From positions 1,632,001 to 1,696,000 of the forward strand of contig OY970325.1 in NCBI GenBank assembly GCA_963717145.1: 64,000 bases of DNA, written 5' to 3'. Numbering within the stretch: position 1 is the first letter of the stretch; the number at the start of each line of letters is the position of its first letter. Below, piece by piece: positions 1 to 10,341 of the stretch. The stretch is from an uncultured Armatimonadetes bacterium (lineage in GTDB: Bacteria > Armatimonadota > UBA5829 > DTJY01). The translations under genes and the position numbers were made by a program. Under the pieces are notes generated by a model. That model was not told where the DNA came from. It did no database searches and saw only the letters and a program-made list of their open reading frames with translations.

Positions 1-833
1 AGAACCTTGCCCGGACCGACCTCGACGAATACGCCGACTCCATCGGCGACCATGCGGCTGATCGATTCATCCCACCGCACGCTTCCGGCGATCTGTTTCC
101 CGAGCGCGTCGCGAATCTCGTCCGCCGACCGGACGTAGTCCGCTGTTACATTGCCGACAACCGGAACCCGGGCATCGGTGAACGCCGTCCTTGCGAGTTC
201 CTCCGCCAGTTGATCGGCGGTCGGCTGCATCAGTCTGGAATGGAACGCGCCGCTCACGTTCAGCGGCATCACTCTCTTCGCGCCGGCTTCCTTTGCCTTC
301 TCGGAAACTGATTCGACGGCCACGACCTCGCCGGAGATCACAACCTGGCCCGGCGAGTTGTAGTTCGCCACATCGACGATCCCCTCGGCATTCTCGCACA
401 GATCGCGAACCTGTTCGGCACTGAGTCCGATGATCGCCGCCATCGTGCCGGGATTGTCGGCCCCGGCGGACTGCATCAGCCTGCCCCTGTGCCGGACGAG
501 CCGAAGCCCGTCCTCGAAGCTTATTGCGCCTGCCGCCACCAGGGCAGCATATTCGCCGATGCTGTGTCCGGCGGTCACGTCGGGTCGGATGCCTTCCTTC
601 TCCAAGAGACGGAGACACGCGATGCTGGTCGTGAACAGCGCCGGCTGAGTGTTCGACGTGAGCCGCAGTTCCTCCTCCGGCCCCTCGAAGCACAGGCTGC
701 TCAACGCAAAGCCGAGTATCCGATCCCCCTCGTCGTACACATCGCGAGCCTCGGGGTAACGCTCGTAGAGGTCCTTGCCCATCCCGACGAACTGCGACCC
801 CTGCCCGGGGAATACAAATGCGATCTTAGTCAT
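1..833 (-). CDS. fabD: ACP S-malonyltransferase (3' end runs off window)
   Basis: Manual translation from ATG 833: MTKIAFVFPGQGSQ, GHS catalytic motif, ANYNSPGQVVISG, VSGAFHS; follows fabH. Confidence 0.95.
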   Translation of the reverse strand, partial: MTKIAFVFPGQGSQFVGMGKDLYERYPEARDVYDEGDRILGFALSSLCFEGPEEELRLTSNTQPALFTTSIACLRLLEKEGIRPDVTAGHSIGEYAALVAAGAISFEDGLRLVRHRGRLMQSAGADNPGTMAAIIGLSAEQVRDLCENAEGIVDVANYNSPGQVVISGEVVAVESVSEKAKEAGAKRVMPLNVSGAFHSRLMQPTADQLAEELARTAFTDARVPVVGNVTADYVRSADEIRDALGKQIAGSVRWDESISRMVADGVGVFVEVGPGKV

Positions 834-850
834 AAACCAATCCTGAAGGA

Positions 851-936
851 AATGGCTTATGGTCGATGGCTGATGGCGGACGCACGGATGCTCCTAATCC
901 TTCCTCTGCCATTAACCATTCACCATCAACCATTCC
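851..936. repeat. Heptamer-tandem inverted repeat (ATGGYTR/YAACCAT family)
   Basis: atggcttatggtcgatggctgatgg ... ccattaaccattcaccatcaaccatt; same family at 20864, 23218, 46757 and 47856. Confidence 0.8.
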
Positions 937-1935
937 CTAGAGTGTCCACTTGATAACAGCGGCGGCCCAGGTCAGACCGGCGCCGAAACCGACGGCGACA
1001 ACAACGTCGCCCTGCTTGACCCTGCCCGTCCTGTACGCCTCATCGAGCGCCAGGGGAATCGAGGCCGCCGACGTGTTGCCGTATCTGTCCACGTTGATGA
1101 AAACCTTCTCTGCGGGCAGCCCGATCCGCTCGGCGGCCGCCTCGATGATTCGGATGTTCGCCTGATGAGGCACAAACAGATCGATGTCGTCCGCCGTGAG
1201 GCCGCACGATTCCAGTGCCTTCAGGGTCGCCTCGCCCTGTATCTTCACCGCGAATTTGAATACTTCGCGGCCTTCCATCTTGATGAAATGCTGGCGGTTA
1301 CGAACCGTCTCCTCAGTCGAGCCGAGTTGGGAGCCGCCTGCCTCTATCCGGATCGCTAAGCCCCCGGACCCATCGGCGCCAAGGACGGTTGAGAGCACCC
1401 CGGTTCCCTCGGCGACCGGCCCGACTATCGCGGCGCCGGCGCCGTCGCCGAACAGCACGCACGTCCCGCGATCGGTCCAGTCGGTAACACTTGTCAGTAT
1501 GTCCACGCCTATGACGAGTACGCGATCGTACGTGCCGGAACGGACGAACTGAGACGCCGTGGTCAGCGCGTACACCCAGCCGGAACAGCCTGCCTGAAGA
1601 TCGAAAGACGGGACGCCCGTGATTCCGAGCTTATCCTGGATAATGCAGGAGGTGGCGGGGAAAGGCATGTCGCCGGTGACCGTGGCACAGATGATGAGGT
1701 CGATATCCCCGGTGCTGAGTCCGGCTGAATCGAGCGCTCGTTTCGAGGCTTCCACAGCCAGATCGGATGCAACGACACCATCCTCGACTACATGACGCTC
1801 CCTGATCCCACTGCGGGTTACGATCCACTCGTCGGTCGTATCAACGATCTTCTCCAGATCGCAGTTCGCGAGTACCTTGGGTGGCGTGAAAGATCCGATG
1901 CCTACGATGCCGGCATTACGCAATGCAGATGCCAT
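937..1935 (-). CDS. fabH: 3-oxoacyl-ACP synthase III
   Basis: AGCSG (catalytic Cys), PHQANIRI, YGNTSAAS, GFGAGLTW motifs. Confidence 0.97.
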   Translation of the reverse strand: MASALRNAGIVGIGSFTPPKVLANCDLEKIVDTTDEWIVTRSGIRERHVVEDGVVASDLAVEASKRALDSAGLSTGDIDLIICATVTGDMPFPATSCIIQDKLGITGVPSFDLQAGCSGWVYALTTASQFVRSGTYDRVLVIGVDILTSVTDWTDRGTCVLFGDGAGAAIVGPVAEGTGVLSTVLGADGSGGLAIRIEAGGSQLGSTEETVRNRQHFIKMEGREVFKFAVKIQGEATLKALESCGLTADDIDLFVPHQANIRIIEAAAERIGLPAEKVFINVDRYGNTSAASIPLALDEAYRTGRVKQGDVVVAVGFGAGLTWAAAVIKWTL

Positions 1936-2006
1936 GAGGTCTCCGTTCCAATGGTCGTTTTGGGCGTCGAACTGCCGCTGAGGTCGAACCCCATACGGGG
2001 GTTCAC

Positions 2007-3009
2007 CTAATTGGCGACAAGTTCCTTCTGCCGGACCGCCGCGGTAATGGATCCGACCACGTCGGACTCGACGGCTGACGCGGCGACCCGGATCGCATTG
2101 CGGATGGCGCGGGCATTCGATCTACCGTGGCCGATGATACAAATGCCGTTCGCGCCGAGCAGCGGAGCGCCTCCGTACTCAGCGTAGTCGAGATGAACCT
2201 TGGCACGCTTGAGGGCCGGTGCGAGGAAAAGCACGCCGATCTTGGCGAGAAGGCTGCGTTTCACTTCCTGCTTGAGCACGGCCACCAGGAACTCGCCCAT
2301 GCCTTCCGCCACTTTGAGGGTAATGTTACCCGCGAACCCATCACAGATGACGACGTCCGCGGCTCCCCTGAAGATGTCCTTGCCTTCGACGTTCCCGACG
2401 AAGTTCATACCGGATTCGGAGAGGCTGGCATTCGTGGCCTTGGTGAGCTTGTCTCCCTTGCTCGGCTCCTCACCTATGCTCAGAAGGCCGACTCTGGGAT
2501 CGGCAACGCCGAAGACGCGCTCGGCATAGGTGCGCCCCATGACCGCGAACTGCATGAGATTGTTGACATCACAGTCCACATTAGCTCCGGCATCGAGGAG
2601 CACCACTCGGTTGCCCATTGACGGGATCATGGAGGCGATCGCCGGGCGCTCGATGCCGGGTATGCGGCCGAGCTTCAATGTGGCCACAGCCATGGCCGCT
2701 CCGGTGTTCCCGGCGCTGACCATGGCCTGAGCGTCTCCCGAGTTGACGAGTGAGGCGGCGACAACTATCGACGAATCCTTGCGGCGGATCGCATTCGCCG
2801 GATGGTCGTCCATAGCGACTACCTCCGAGGCGTGTGCCACCTCAACCTTCGATCCGGCGACCAGGATACTTGGACAACTCCTGCTCGATCCTGCTGCTAT
2901 CTCCTACCAGTATTACCGAAATGCCATGCCGGTCGGCGGCTTCGACTGCTCCCTTGACAATCTCCAGCGGAGCGTAGTCGCCGCCCATGGCGTCAACCGC
3001 GATCTTCAT
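2007..3009 (-). CDS. plsX: Phosphate acyltransferase PlsX (one extra base near 2860-2870, probable sequencing error)
   Basis: N-terminus [14 protein letters not shown] from ATG 3009 in one frame; SAGNTGA, DAGAN, GGAPLLG, GHGRS in ORF 2007..2840; span is 3n+1. Confidence 0.93.
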
Positions 3010-3027
3010 TCAGCGAAATCCTCTCCG

Positions 3028-3222
3028 CTACTCTGCTTTTTCTTTATCCTTGACTTCGAGGACCAGACGTCCATTGTAGAACCCGCAGCTCGGGCATACG
3101 TGGTGCGGCAGACGGGGCGCATGGCATCGCGGGCAATCCACCACGTTCGGGGCCACCAGCTTGTAGTGCGTCCTTCGCTTAGCACCGCGAGTACGGGAAT
3201 GTCTTCTCTTAGGTAACGGCAA
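3028..3222 (-). CDS. rpmF: 50S ribosomal protein L32
   Basis: MPLPKRRHSRTR...CPRC...PHHVCPSCGFYNG; yceD-rpmF-plsX synteny. Confidence 0.97.
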   Translation of the reverse strand: MPLPKRRHSRTRGAKRRTHYKLVAPNVVDCPRCHAPRLPHHVCPSCGFYNGRLVLEVKDKEKAE

Positions 3223-3246
3223 TTCGTTTCACCTCTTTCTCTCAAT

Positions 3247-3311
3247 GTAGTGGCCGCGCCTCTGTGCCGGCCTGCCACCTACCGTGGCCGGCACGGAGGC
3301 ACGGCCACTAC
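3247..3311. repeat. Inverted GTAG-REP pair, family A
   Basis: gtagtggccgcgcctctgtgccggcc ... ggccggcacggaggcacggccactac; near-identical copy at 5091. Confidence 0.88.
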
Positions 3312-3844
3312 GATTCTTTGTCTTCTTCCTCTTCCAGGAGACGGGCCAGCACCTGAAGCGGAGACTCGATGGTCTCCGGCGGGCAAGCACAGTCTTCCAC
3401 GTTCAGATTCTGCCCGCAGGTCGGACACAATCCCTTGCATTCCGGTTCGCACAGCGGCTGGATCGGTATCCCGACCAGCAGATCCTGTCTGATGAGTTCT
3501 TCCAAGTCGAGTATGTTGTTATTAACCAACTCCGAGGCGGTATCCTCTTCCTCCTCGGGCTGCGCGAACACGGAATCCCCAACATGCACGAGCGGAAATC
3601 CCTCGTCGATCTCCACTTCTATCGGCAGGATGACATCCGTGAGGCATCGTCCGCAAAACAGGCGGACATCGGTCACGACCTTGCCACGAACGAGCAGCAG
3701 AGGGCCGCTGTTCGTAATCTCGACCTTGCCCTTGACCGGCGAGACGCAATCGAGTTCCTCGTCCTCAGCGAAGCAGGGCTCGTCTATCTCCTGCGTCGCG
3801 TGCATCCCGAGATGCTGCGCTATTTCTGAAAGATCGATCTTCAT
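3308..3844 (-). CDS. YceD/DUF177 family protein
   Basis: CGRCL and PLCEPECKGLCPTCGQNLN motifs; upstream of rpmF. Confidence 0.93.
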   Translation of the reverse strand: MKIDLSEIAQHLGMHATQEIDEPCFAEDEELDCVSPVKGKVEITNSGPLLLVRGKVVTDVRLFCGRCLTDVILPIEVEIDEGFPLVHVGDSVFAQPEEEEDTASELVNNNILDLEELIRQDLLVGIPIQPLCEPECKGLCPTCGQNLNVEDCACPPETIESPLQVLARLLEEEEDKES

Positions 3845-3846
3845 CG

Positions 3847-5061
3847 CTAGTGCCCGTTGATCCCTGTTACGACCCGAACGGTCTCCCGTGCGATCGCCAA
3901 CTCCTCGTTGGTCGGGATAACGAGGATGCGCGGACCTGCGTCACCGGCGCTGATATCGCCCTCGCCCGTGAAGCTCTCGTTCTTTGCAGGGTCGATCCTG
4001 ATGCCCAGGAACTCGAGATCCCTGCACATCATCGACCGAATGGTCGGCGAGTGCTCGCCTATCCCCGCGGTAAAAATGACCGCATCGAGACCGCCCATGG
4101 CCGCCGCGTAGGCTCCGATGTACTTCTTCCCACGGTAGCAGAATATCTCCAGCGCCAGCCTGGCTCGCTCGTTTCCCGCCTCCGCGCCGGCTTCGATGTC
4201 GCGCATGTCATTTCCGATGCCTGAGATACCGAGCAGACCGCTCTTCTTGTTGATCAGACTGTCAACATCGTCAGCACTATAGCCGAACGTATTCTGCAGA
4301 AACGGCAGGATCGCCGGGTCGATGTCGCCGCACCGAGTCCCCATGACCAGGCCCTCGACCGGCGTGAGGCCCATGCTCGTATCCACGGACTTCCCGCCCT
4401 TGACGGCGGTGAAGCTCACACCGTTGCCGATGTGGCACGTGATCACTCTCTGTGTCTCGACGGGGATTCCCAGCGCCTCCAGTATCCTGGTGGCTCGCCG
4501 GGCGACATACTTGTGCGACGTGCCGTGAAAGCCGTATCGCCTGATGCCGTGCTCCTGGTAGAGATTGTATGGCAGGGCGTAGATGTACGCATGGCTCGGA
4601 ATCGTCTGATGGAACGCCGTATCGAACACCGCGATCTGAGGCGCGTCCGGCATGATCCCCATCGCACCTTTTATACCCATCAGGTTCGGCGGATTATGAA
4701 GCGGCGCCAGCTCGCTCAAACGCGTGACGGCGTCTATGACCTCCTGGTTGATCTCAACCGAATCGGAGAATGACTCTCCGCCGTGGACAACTCGGTGCCC
4801 GATAGCGCCGATCTCCGAAAGATCCGTGATCGCTCCGGCCGTCGAATCGGTCAGAGCGTCGAACACCAGCCGCATCGCAGCCGTGTGATCCGGTATGTCT
4901 ATGTCGGTCTTGACTGCTTCCTTGCCGGTGGTCTGATGCGTGAGCGAGCCGCCGGCGCCTATTCGCTCGGCGATTCCCTTAGCAATGACCTGTTCCGTTG
5001 ACATATCGATGAGCTGGTATTTCAGCGACGAACTACCAGCATTGACAACAAGGACTAGCAT
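3847..5061 (-). CDS. ackA: Acetate kinase
   Basis: VVNAGSSSLKY, GHRVVHGG, APLHNP, RRYGFHGTSH, FTAGIGE, PTNEEL. Confidence 0.97.
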   Translation of the reverse strand: MLVLVVNAGSSSLKYQLIDMSTEQVIAKGIAERIGAGGSLTHQTTGKEAVKTDIDIPDHTAAMRLVFDALTDSTAGAITDLSEIGAIGHRVVHGGESFSDSVEINQEVIDAVTRLSELAPLHNPPNLMGIKGAMGIMPDAPQIAVFDTAFHQTIPSHAYIYALPYNLYQEHGIRRYGFHGTSHKYVARRATRILEALGIPVETQRVITCHIGNGVSFTAVKGGKSVDTSMGLTPVEGLVMGTRCGDIDPAILPFLQNTFGYSADDVDSLINKKSGLLGISGIGNDMRDIEAGAEAGNERARLALEIFCYRGKKYIGAYAAAMGGLDAVIFTAGIGEHSPTIRSMMCRDLEFLGIRIDPAKNESFTGEGDISAGDAGPRILVIPTNEELAIARETVRVVTGINGH

Positions 5062-5090
5062 TTCTCGACCAATCTGATATGACTTGACAA

Positions 5091-5155
5091 GTAGTGGCCG
5101 TGCCTCCGTGCCGGCCATCGGCATCACTGAGCCGGCACGGAGGCACGGCCACTAC
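5091..5155. repeat. Inverted GTAG-REP pair, family A
   Basis: gtagtggccgtgcctccgtgccggc ... gccggcacggaggcacggccactac. Confidence 0.88.
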
Positions 5156-5159
5156 ATGG

Positions 5160-6161
5160 TTATTGTGTCGCCTGGACGGCGGTGATCGCCGCCACGTTGA
5201 CTATGTCTTCCCAGTCGCAGCCCCTGGACAGGTCGTTGACCGGTCTGGCAACGCCCTGCAGGATCGGACCGTAGGCCTCCGCCTTTGCCAACCGCTCAGT
5301 CAGCTTGTAGGCGATATTCCCGGCTCCAAGGTCGGGGAAGATCAGGACATTAGCCTTCCCGGCGACCGGACTGCCCGGAGCCTTCTTCTCGCCGACCCAC
5401 TGCACGAGGGCAGCATCTCCCTGAAGCTCGCCGTCGATCAGCATATCCGGCGCGGTCTCTTTGGCGATCCGGGTGGCCTCGACGACCTTGTCCACGAGCG
5501 GGTCGGATGCGCTGCCCTTCGTCGAGAACGACAGAAGGGCGACCCTCGGCTCGAACCCGAACAGGGCGGTCATGGTCCTTCCCGTGCAGATGGCGATCTC
5601 CGCCAACTCCTTGGCGCTCGGATTCATCACGAGCCCGCAGTCGGCATAGAGCAGCAGGCCTTCCTCCCCGTATTGGCAGTCCGGAACGATCATGACGAAG
5701 AAGCTTGAAACAATCGAGATTCCGGGCGCGGTCTTCAGCACCTGCAGAGCAGGACGGACGGTATCGGCGGTGGAGTGAGTCGCCCCGGAGACCTCACCGT
5801 CCGCATCGCCCGCTTTGATCATCAACACGCCATAGTACAGGGAGTTCCCGGCCAGACCAAATGCCTGATCGGGGGTCATGCCCTTGTGCTTCCTGAGTCC
5901 GTAGAGCAGATCGGCGTATTCCTGGCGCTTGGGAGAAGCCGCCGGATCGATGATCTCGATACCGGAGATGTCAACTCCCTGGTCCTGTGCATTCTTCGCC
6001 ACGACATCGGCGGCCCCGAGGAGCACCGGCTTGGCGATTCCGCGCTCGCGAACGATGGCCGCGGCCTTGACCACTCGCGGATCGACGCCTTCGGGCAGGA
6101 CGATGCACTTCCCCGCTTCTCTCGCACGCGCGAAAATGCCCTCCATGGGCTTACTGCTCAT
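5160..6161 (-). CDS. pta: Phosphate acetyltransferase
   Basis: IVLPEG.DPRV, LSFSTKGSA, DGELQGDAA, PDLGAGNIAYK, NDLSRG. Confidence 0.96.
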   Translation of the reverse strand: MSSKPMEGIFARAREAGKCIVLPEGVDPRVVKAAAIVRERGIAKPVLLGAADVVAKNAQDQGVDISGIEIIDPAASPKRQEYADLLYGLRKHKGMTPDQAFGLAGNSLYYGVLMIKAGDADGEVSGATHSTADTVRPALQVLKTAPGISIVSSFFVMIVPDCQYGEEGLLLYADCGLVMNPSAKELAEIAICTGRTMTALFGFEPRVALLSFSTKGSASDPLVDKVVEATRIAKETAPDMLIDGELQGDAALVQWVGEKKAPGSPVAGKANVLIFPDLGAGNIAYKLTERLAKAEAYGPILQGVARPVNDLSRGCDWEDIVNVAAITAVQATQ

Positions 6162-6654
6162 CGTCGCCTTCCGATGCAGTTCCGCTCTTGAATCCGAGCT
6201 TGTCCCGTCCCCGCTGGATGGTGTTCAGGACCTTGGACACGAAGCCCTCCAGGTCATTGAGCACTTCCTTCGCATACTCGTCCGCGCCTGCCTTGGTGAT
6301 TCGGGCCTCGTCTTCGGAAGCGCCTACGATCTCCTTGGCCTGAGCCGTCGCCAGCCTCTTGATCTCGCTGCTGTCGACGAGTTGAGTCGCCTCGGCCCTG
6401 GCGTCCTCCAGGACTTTGGTACCTTCCGCCCTCGCCTGATCCGCAATCTGCGCGGCCTGTTCTTTGGCATCGCTCACGATGTGGTCGGCGTCACGAGTGA
6501 TCCGCCCTGCGGCTTTCACGTCCTCGGGCAGAGAGGTCCGAATCTTGGTCACAAGCGAATACAGCTCATCCTCATTCACGAAGACGGTATTCATGATCCG
6601 CCGGCTGCCGTCAACCAGTTCCTCGAGTTTGTCCAGTAGAGCTAGAGTATCTAT
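6151..6654 (-). CDS. DivIVA/ATP synthase b-like coiled-coil protein; probable ATA start at 6654 (first ATG at 6594)
   Basis: IDTLALLDKLEELVDGS...IRTSLPEDVKAA...ADEYAKEVL; usual neighbour downstream of coaD; GAGGAGG 8 nt before the ATA. Confidence 0.8.
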   Translation of the reverse strand: MDTLALLDKLEELVDGSRRIMNTVFVNEDELYSLVTKIRTSLPEDVKAAGRITRDADHIVSDAKEQAAQIADQARAEGTKVLEDARAEATQLVDSSEIKRLATAQAKEIVGASEDEARITKAGADEYAKEVLNDLEGFVSKVLNTIQRGRDKLGFKSGTASEGDDEQ

Positions 6655-7190
6655 TCTGATCGCCTCCTCAAGCCGGATCGGCTCGAGCCTCCGGCATCGA
6701 CACTTGGTGATGATGAACTGAGCTTCGTGCTCAGGTACTTCTCGACGATTTCCGGGACGAGACCTTCGACGGACCCGCCAAGGAGCGCGACCTCCTTGAC
6801 GAGGCTGGAGCTGAGGTACGAGTACTCGGCGTTCGTCATCATGAATACCGTCTCGATATCCCCGTCCAGCCTCCGGTTCATCAAGGCCATCTCGAACTCG
6901 AACTCAAAATCCGAAAGAGCGCGCAGGCCCTTGACTATCACGTTCGCCTTGTATTCCTCGGCATATCGGACCAGCAGCCCCTTGAATGCCTCAATCCGCA
7001 CGTTCGGCATGTGAGCGCACGCCTCACGGAGCATGGTCATTCGCTCCTCGGTGGTGAACATCGGGGCCTTCCCGAGATTCACTGCTACGGCCACGATGAC
7101 CTCATCAAACACACTTGCGGCCCGCTGGACGACGTCCAGATGGCCGTTCGTGACTGGGTCGAAACTGCCCGGATATATCGCTCGTTTCAT
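6651..7190 (-). CDS. coaD: Pantetheine-phosphate adenylyltransferase
   Basis: MKRAIYPGSFDPVTNGH, KGLRALSDFEFE, LSSSLVKE. Confidence 0.97.
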   Translation of the reverse strand: MKRAIYPGSFDPVTNGHLDVVQRAASVFDEVIVAVAVNLGKAPMFTTEERMTMLREACAHMPNVRIEAFKGLLVRYAEEYKANVIVKGLRALSDFEFEFEMALMNRRLDGDIETVFMMTNAEYSYLSSSLVKEVALLGGSVEGLVPEIVEKYLSTKLSSSSPSVDAGGSSRSGLRRRSE

Positions 7191-7205
7191 TACAGATGGT
7201 CCCAC

Positions 7206-7275
7206 GTAGGGGCGAAGCATTGGCCGCCGGTATCCAACACTCCTGTGTATTCGGTAGCCAATGCTTCGCCCCTAC
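7206..7275. repeat. Inverted GTAG-REP pair, family B
   Basis: gtaggggcgaagcattggc ... gccaatgcttcgcccctac. Confidence 0.85.
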
Positions 7276-7277
7276 AC

Positions 7278-9401
7278 CTAACTGATTGCAACCAGATCGC
7301 TGCCCTCGAAGCGCTTCAGAATGACGCTCTTCAGGTCCTGATGCCCGGCCATGTCCGGATCCGCCTTGATCAGTGCGAAGGCGTCCTCCCGGCTCTTCTC
7401 CAGGATTTCAACGTCGCGCAGGATATTGGCGATCCGCAGCGACGGCATTCCGCTCTGACGAGTCCCGTAGAACTCGCCCGGTCCTCGGATCCTCAGGTCT
7501 TCTTCCGCGATCACGAACCCGTCGCTCGTCCGAGCCATCACTTCCATGCGCTGGCGGGCATCGTCGGTGCTCGGATCGGATATAAGCACACAGAAAGACT
7601 GGTGCTCTCCACGCCCTACCCTGCCTCTGAGCTGGTGGAGCTGCGCCAGTCCGAACCGTTCCGCGTCCTCTATCAGCATAACGCAGGCATTCGGGACATC
7701 GACTCCGACCTCGATCACGGTCGTCGAGACGAGAAGCTGTATCTCGCCATCCCTGAACCTGCGCATGATATCTTCTTTTTCGGCCGACTTCATCTGCCCG
7801 TGCAGCAGGCCGAGCCTCAGGTCCGGGAAGACATCGTTCTGCAGATGCTCGGCAAGCTCGGTGGCCGCCCGTACCTGCAGCTTCTCCGACTCCTCGATCA
7901 GCGGGCAGACAATGTAGACCTGTTTCCCCTCGCCGATCAACTTCTTCGCCGCCTGATAGACTCTGGGCCGCTCGAAAGTCGCCTTCAGATGCGTCTTGAT
8001 CGGCTTCCGTCCCGGCGGCATCTCGTCTATCACCGACAGATCGAGATCGCCGTAGACCGTGAGCGCCAGGGTCCTCGGGATCGGCGTCGCGGTCATCACC
8101 AGGACGTCCGGGTTCCAGCCCTTATCCCTGAGCGCCGCCCTCTGCAGAACGCCGAACCGGTGCTGCTCGTCAACGACGACGAGCCCGAGCTTGGCGAACT
8201 CGACGCCCTCCTGGATCAGCGCATGAGTGCCGATCACGATCTGCGCCTCACCGGAGGCGATCCGCTCCCGGAACGCCCGCTTCTGCTTGGCGGTAAGGCT
8301 GCCCGTCAGCAGCGCCGTCTCGAGCCCGAGTTGCTCCGCCCAGCGAGTCAGCACCAGGTAGTGCTGCTCGGCCAGAATCTCGGTCGGCGCCATCAATGCG
8401 GCCTGGTAGCCGCTGTCAATGGCGACCATCATCGCCGCCAGCGCCACAATCGTCTTACCGGAGCCGACATCGCCCTGGATCAGGCGGTTCATCGCGATCG
8501 GTCGCGCCATGTCCCGCTCGATCTCGGCGATCACCCGCTTCTGGGCGTTCGTAAGATCGAACGGCAGGATCCCATAGAGCTGCTCAGTGCTTTCGGCGGT
8601 GACATCGAACGCGATCCCCGGCAGCGCGGTCGTCGCGTTCTGCCTCCGAAGGGCGAGTGCGAGCTGGAGGAAGAAAAACTCCTCGTACACCAGCCTGAAC
8701 CGCGCCGCGTCCTGAGCCGCCTCACTTTCGGGAAAATGGATATTCCTCAGGGCCGTCGCGAGATCGACCAGCCCGTGCCGCTTCCGAATCTCCTCCGGGA
8801 GCGTATCCTCCACCACGGGGAGGAACGTGTCCAACGCGTTGTATATGATCCGCCGGACTCTCCCCTGGAAGAGCCCCTCCGTGAGCGGATAGACCGGGAC
8901 TATCCGGTTCGACGAGAGCGTATCCGCTCCGTCGCCGATCTCCTCCCACTCCGGGCTGCTGATCTCTATGCCGCGTGAGCCGAACTGCGCCGTGCCGTAG
9001 ACGACTATTTCCTTGCCCAGCAGCTTGACGAACCTGTTCTTAAGATACCACTGGTTGAACCAGACCAGGTATGCGGTCCCGGATTCATCCTGCACCGCGA
9101 CCCTTGTCAGCAGGGTCTTGCTGCGAGGAGTCCGCACGTTGTCCGCAACCAGGACTTTGCCCCGGAAGCACGCGGTCTCACCGGCATGAAGCTGGGCTAT
9201 CCGACGGAGGTTCCGACGGTCCTCATAGCGCCGCGGAAAGTCCCACAGCAGGTCCTGCGCGGTAAAGATTCCCAGCTTCCCAAAAAGCTTGCTCAGCCGC
9301 TCGCCCACTCCCTTGACGAACTGAACGTTCATGTCGAGATCGGGAGGGCGACCGGACTTCCGCTGTTCCGAGCCGGCAGTGTTTATCCCTGACTGCTGCA
9401 T
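7278..9401 (-). CDS. recG: ATP-dependent DNA helicase RecG
   Basis: QGDVGSGKT, DEQHRFG, MTATPIPRT, QLRGRVGRG; GAGGAG before ATG 9401. Confidence 0.97.
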   Translation of the reverse strand: MQQSGINTAGSEQRKSGRPPDLDMNVQFVKGVGERLSKLFGKLGIFTAQDLLWDFPRRYEDRRNLRRIAQLHAGETACFRGKVLVADNVRTPRSKTLLTRVAVQDESGTAYLVWFNQWYLKNRFVKLLGKEIVVYGTAQFGSRGIEISSPEWEEIGDGADTLSSNRIVPVYPLTEGLFQGRVRRIIYNALDTFLPVVEDTLPEEIRKRHGLVDLATALRNIHFPESEAAQDAARFRLVYEEFFFLQLALALRRQNATTALPGIAFDVTAESTEQLYGILPFDLTNAQKRVIAEIERDMARPIAMNRLIQGDVGSGKTIVALAAMMVAIDSGYQAALMAPTEILAEQHYLVLTRWAEQLGLETALLTGSLTAKQKRAFRERIASGEAQIVIGTHALIQEGVEFAKLGLVVVDEQHRFGVLQRAALRDKGWNPDVLVMTATPIPRTLALTVYGDLDLSVIDEMPPGRKPIKTHLKATFERPRVYQAAKKLIGEGKQVYIVCPLIEESEKLQVRAATELAEHLQNDVFPDLRLGLLHGQMKSAEKEDIMRRFRDGEIQLLVSTTVIEVGVDVPNACVMLIEDAERFGLAQLHQLRGRVGRGEHQSFCVLISDPSTDDARQRMEVMARTSDGFVIAEEDLRIRGPGEFYGTRQSGMPSLRIANILRDVEILEKSREDAFALIKADPDMAGHQDLKSVILKRFEGSDLVAIS

Positions 9402-9428
9402 CTGACTCCTCGCGGAAAACACCCACGT

Positions 9429-9458
9429 ATTATACCGACGTGTTTCGACCTTTGTCAA
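9429..9458 (-). promoter_or_regulatory. sigma70-type promoter for recG operon
   Basis: TTGACA-N18-TATAAT on minus strand. Confidence 0.75.
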
Positions 9459-9486
9459 GGTTTTGGAGGAGGCGACTCCCAGGCTA

Positions 9487-10224
9487 CTAGAGCTTGAACT
9501 CCGAGTCCGGGATGCCGCTGTTGACCTTGATGTTCGAGTACTCGCTCGCGCCGGCGAGCTTGTTGTCCCGATTGTAGACGTCTATCCGGGTCGGGACCCA
9601 GATAGCCCCGATGTGCTTGTGTTTGGAGAAGACGTATCGTGAGTTCATCGAGCCATCGGACTCGTACTTCTCGAGTTTCAGCAGCTTGCAGGTCTTGGCC
9701 TCGACCCAGCAGGTGATGTGCTTCTCCTTGGAATTGGAGCGGATGAACGTGATCTTGTAGAGGACGTCGCTCGACGCCTTCTCGACACGGGCGTCTTCGA
9801 CGATGTAGTCGCGCCACAACTGCTCAGTCAGGATTCCGATGTCGAGATCGCCCTGGAGTTGGTGCGGTTCTTTGGTGCAATCCTGCTTCTTGCCGATGCC
9901 GAGACTCGGGACGCGGTATACCTTGAAACAGCCGTTCCTGATGATCGTGATGCCGAGCATGCCGAGCTTGCCGGCGACCTTCATCTTGTCCGGCGCTTTG
10001 TACTTCACCGTGGTCGTCTCGACATCGTAGCTCTTGGGAAAGTCCTTGCCGATCTTCGCCAGTTCCTTCTTGTTCCCGTAGACGACCTTGGCGGTCAGAG
10101 TGATGTCCTTGAAGCCTTTGGTGGCCGCTCGGACCTCGCTACGGACATCGACGGCAGCAGACGCGCCGAGGCCGATAGCGATGACCATGGCAGCCACCAG
10201 CAGATGGGTTCTCCTGATAATCAT
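9487..10224 (-). CDS. Exported LolA-like / outer-membrane lipoprotein-sorting family protein
   Basis: Signal peptide, YKAPDKMKV, CWVEAKT, YSNIKVNSGIPDSEF pattern typical of LolA-like folds; start uncertain. Confidence 0.65.
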   Translation of the reverse strand: MIIRRTHLLVAAMVIAIGLGASAAVDVRSEVRAATKGFKDITLTAKVVYGNKKELAKIGKDFPKSYDVETTTVKYKAPDKMKVAGKLGMLGITIIRNGCFKVYRVPSLGIGKKQDCTKEPHQLQGDLDIGILTEQLWRDYIVEDARVEKASSDVLYKITFIRSNSKEKHITCWVEAKTCKLLKLEKYESDGSMNSRYVFSKHKHIGAIWVPTRIDVYNRDNKLAGASEYSNIKVNSGIPDSEFKL

Positions 10225-10341
10225 CAAGTGGTTCTGTACTTCCTTATGGATCGGCGACGACCGAGGCGGCGCATCGCAGAGCTTGTCCCTATAGTACAAT
10301 ACGCCGCCTTCGAGCGCAAGGTTTCGGAACCCGGATCAGCT

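Noticed and set aside
7011-8978. Long plus-strand ORFs such as 7011..8978, 9718..11262, 31545..34295 and 39598..41559
   Set aside because: Antisense shadows of well-supported genes in high-GC DNA, with no recognisable motifs.
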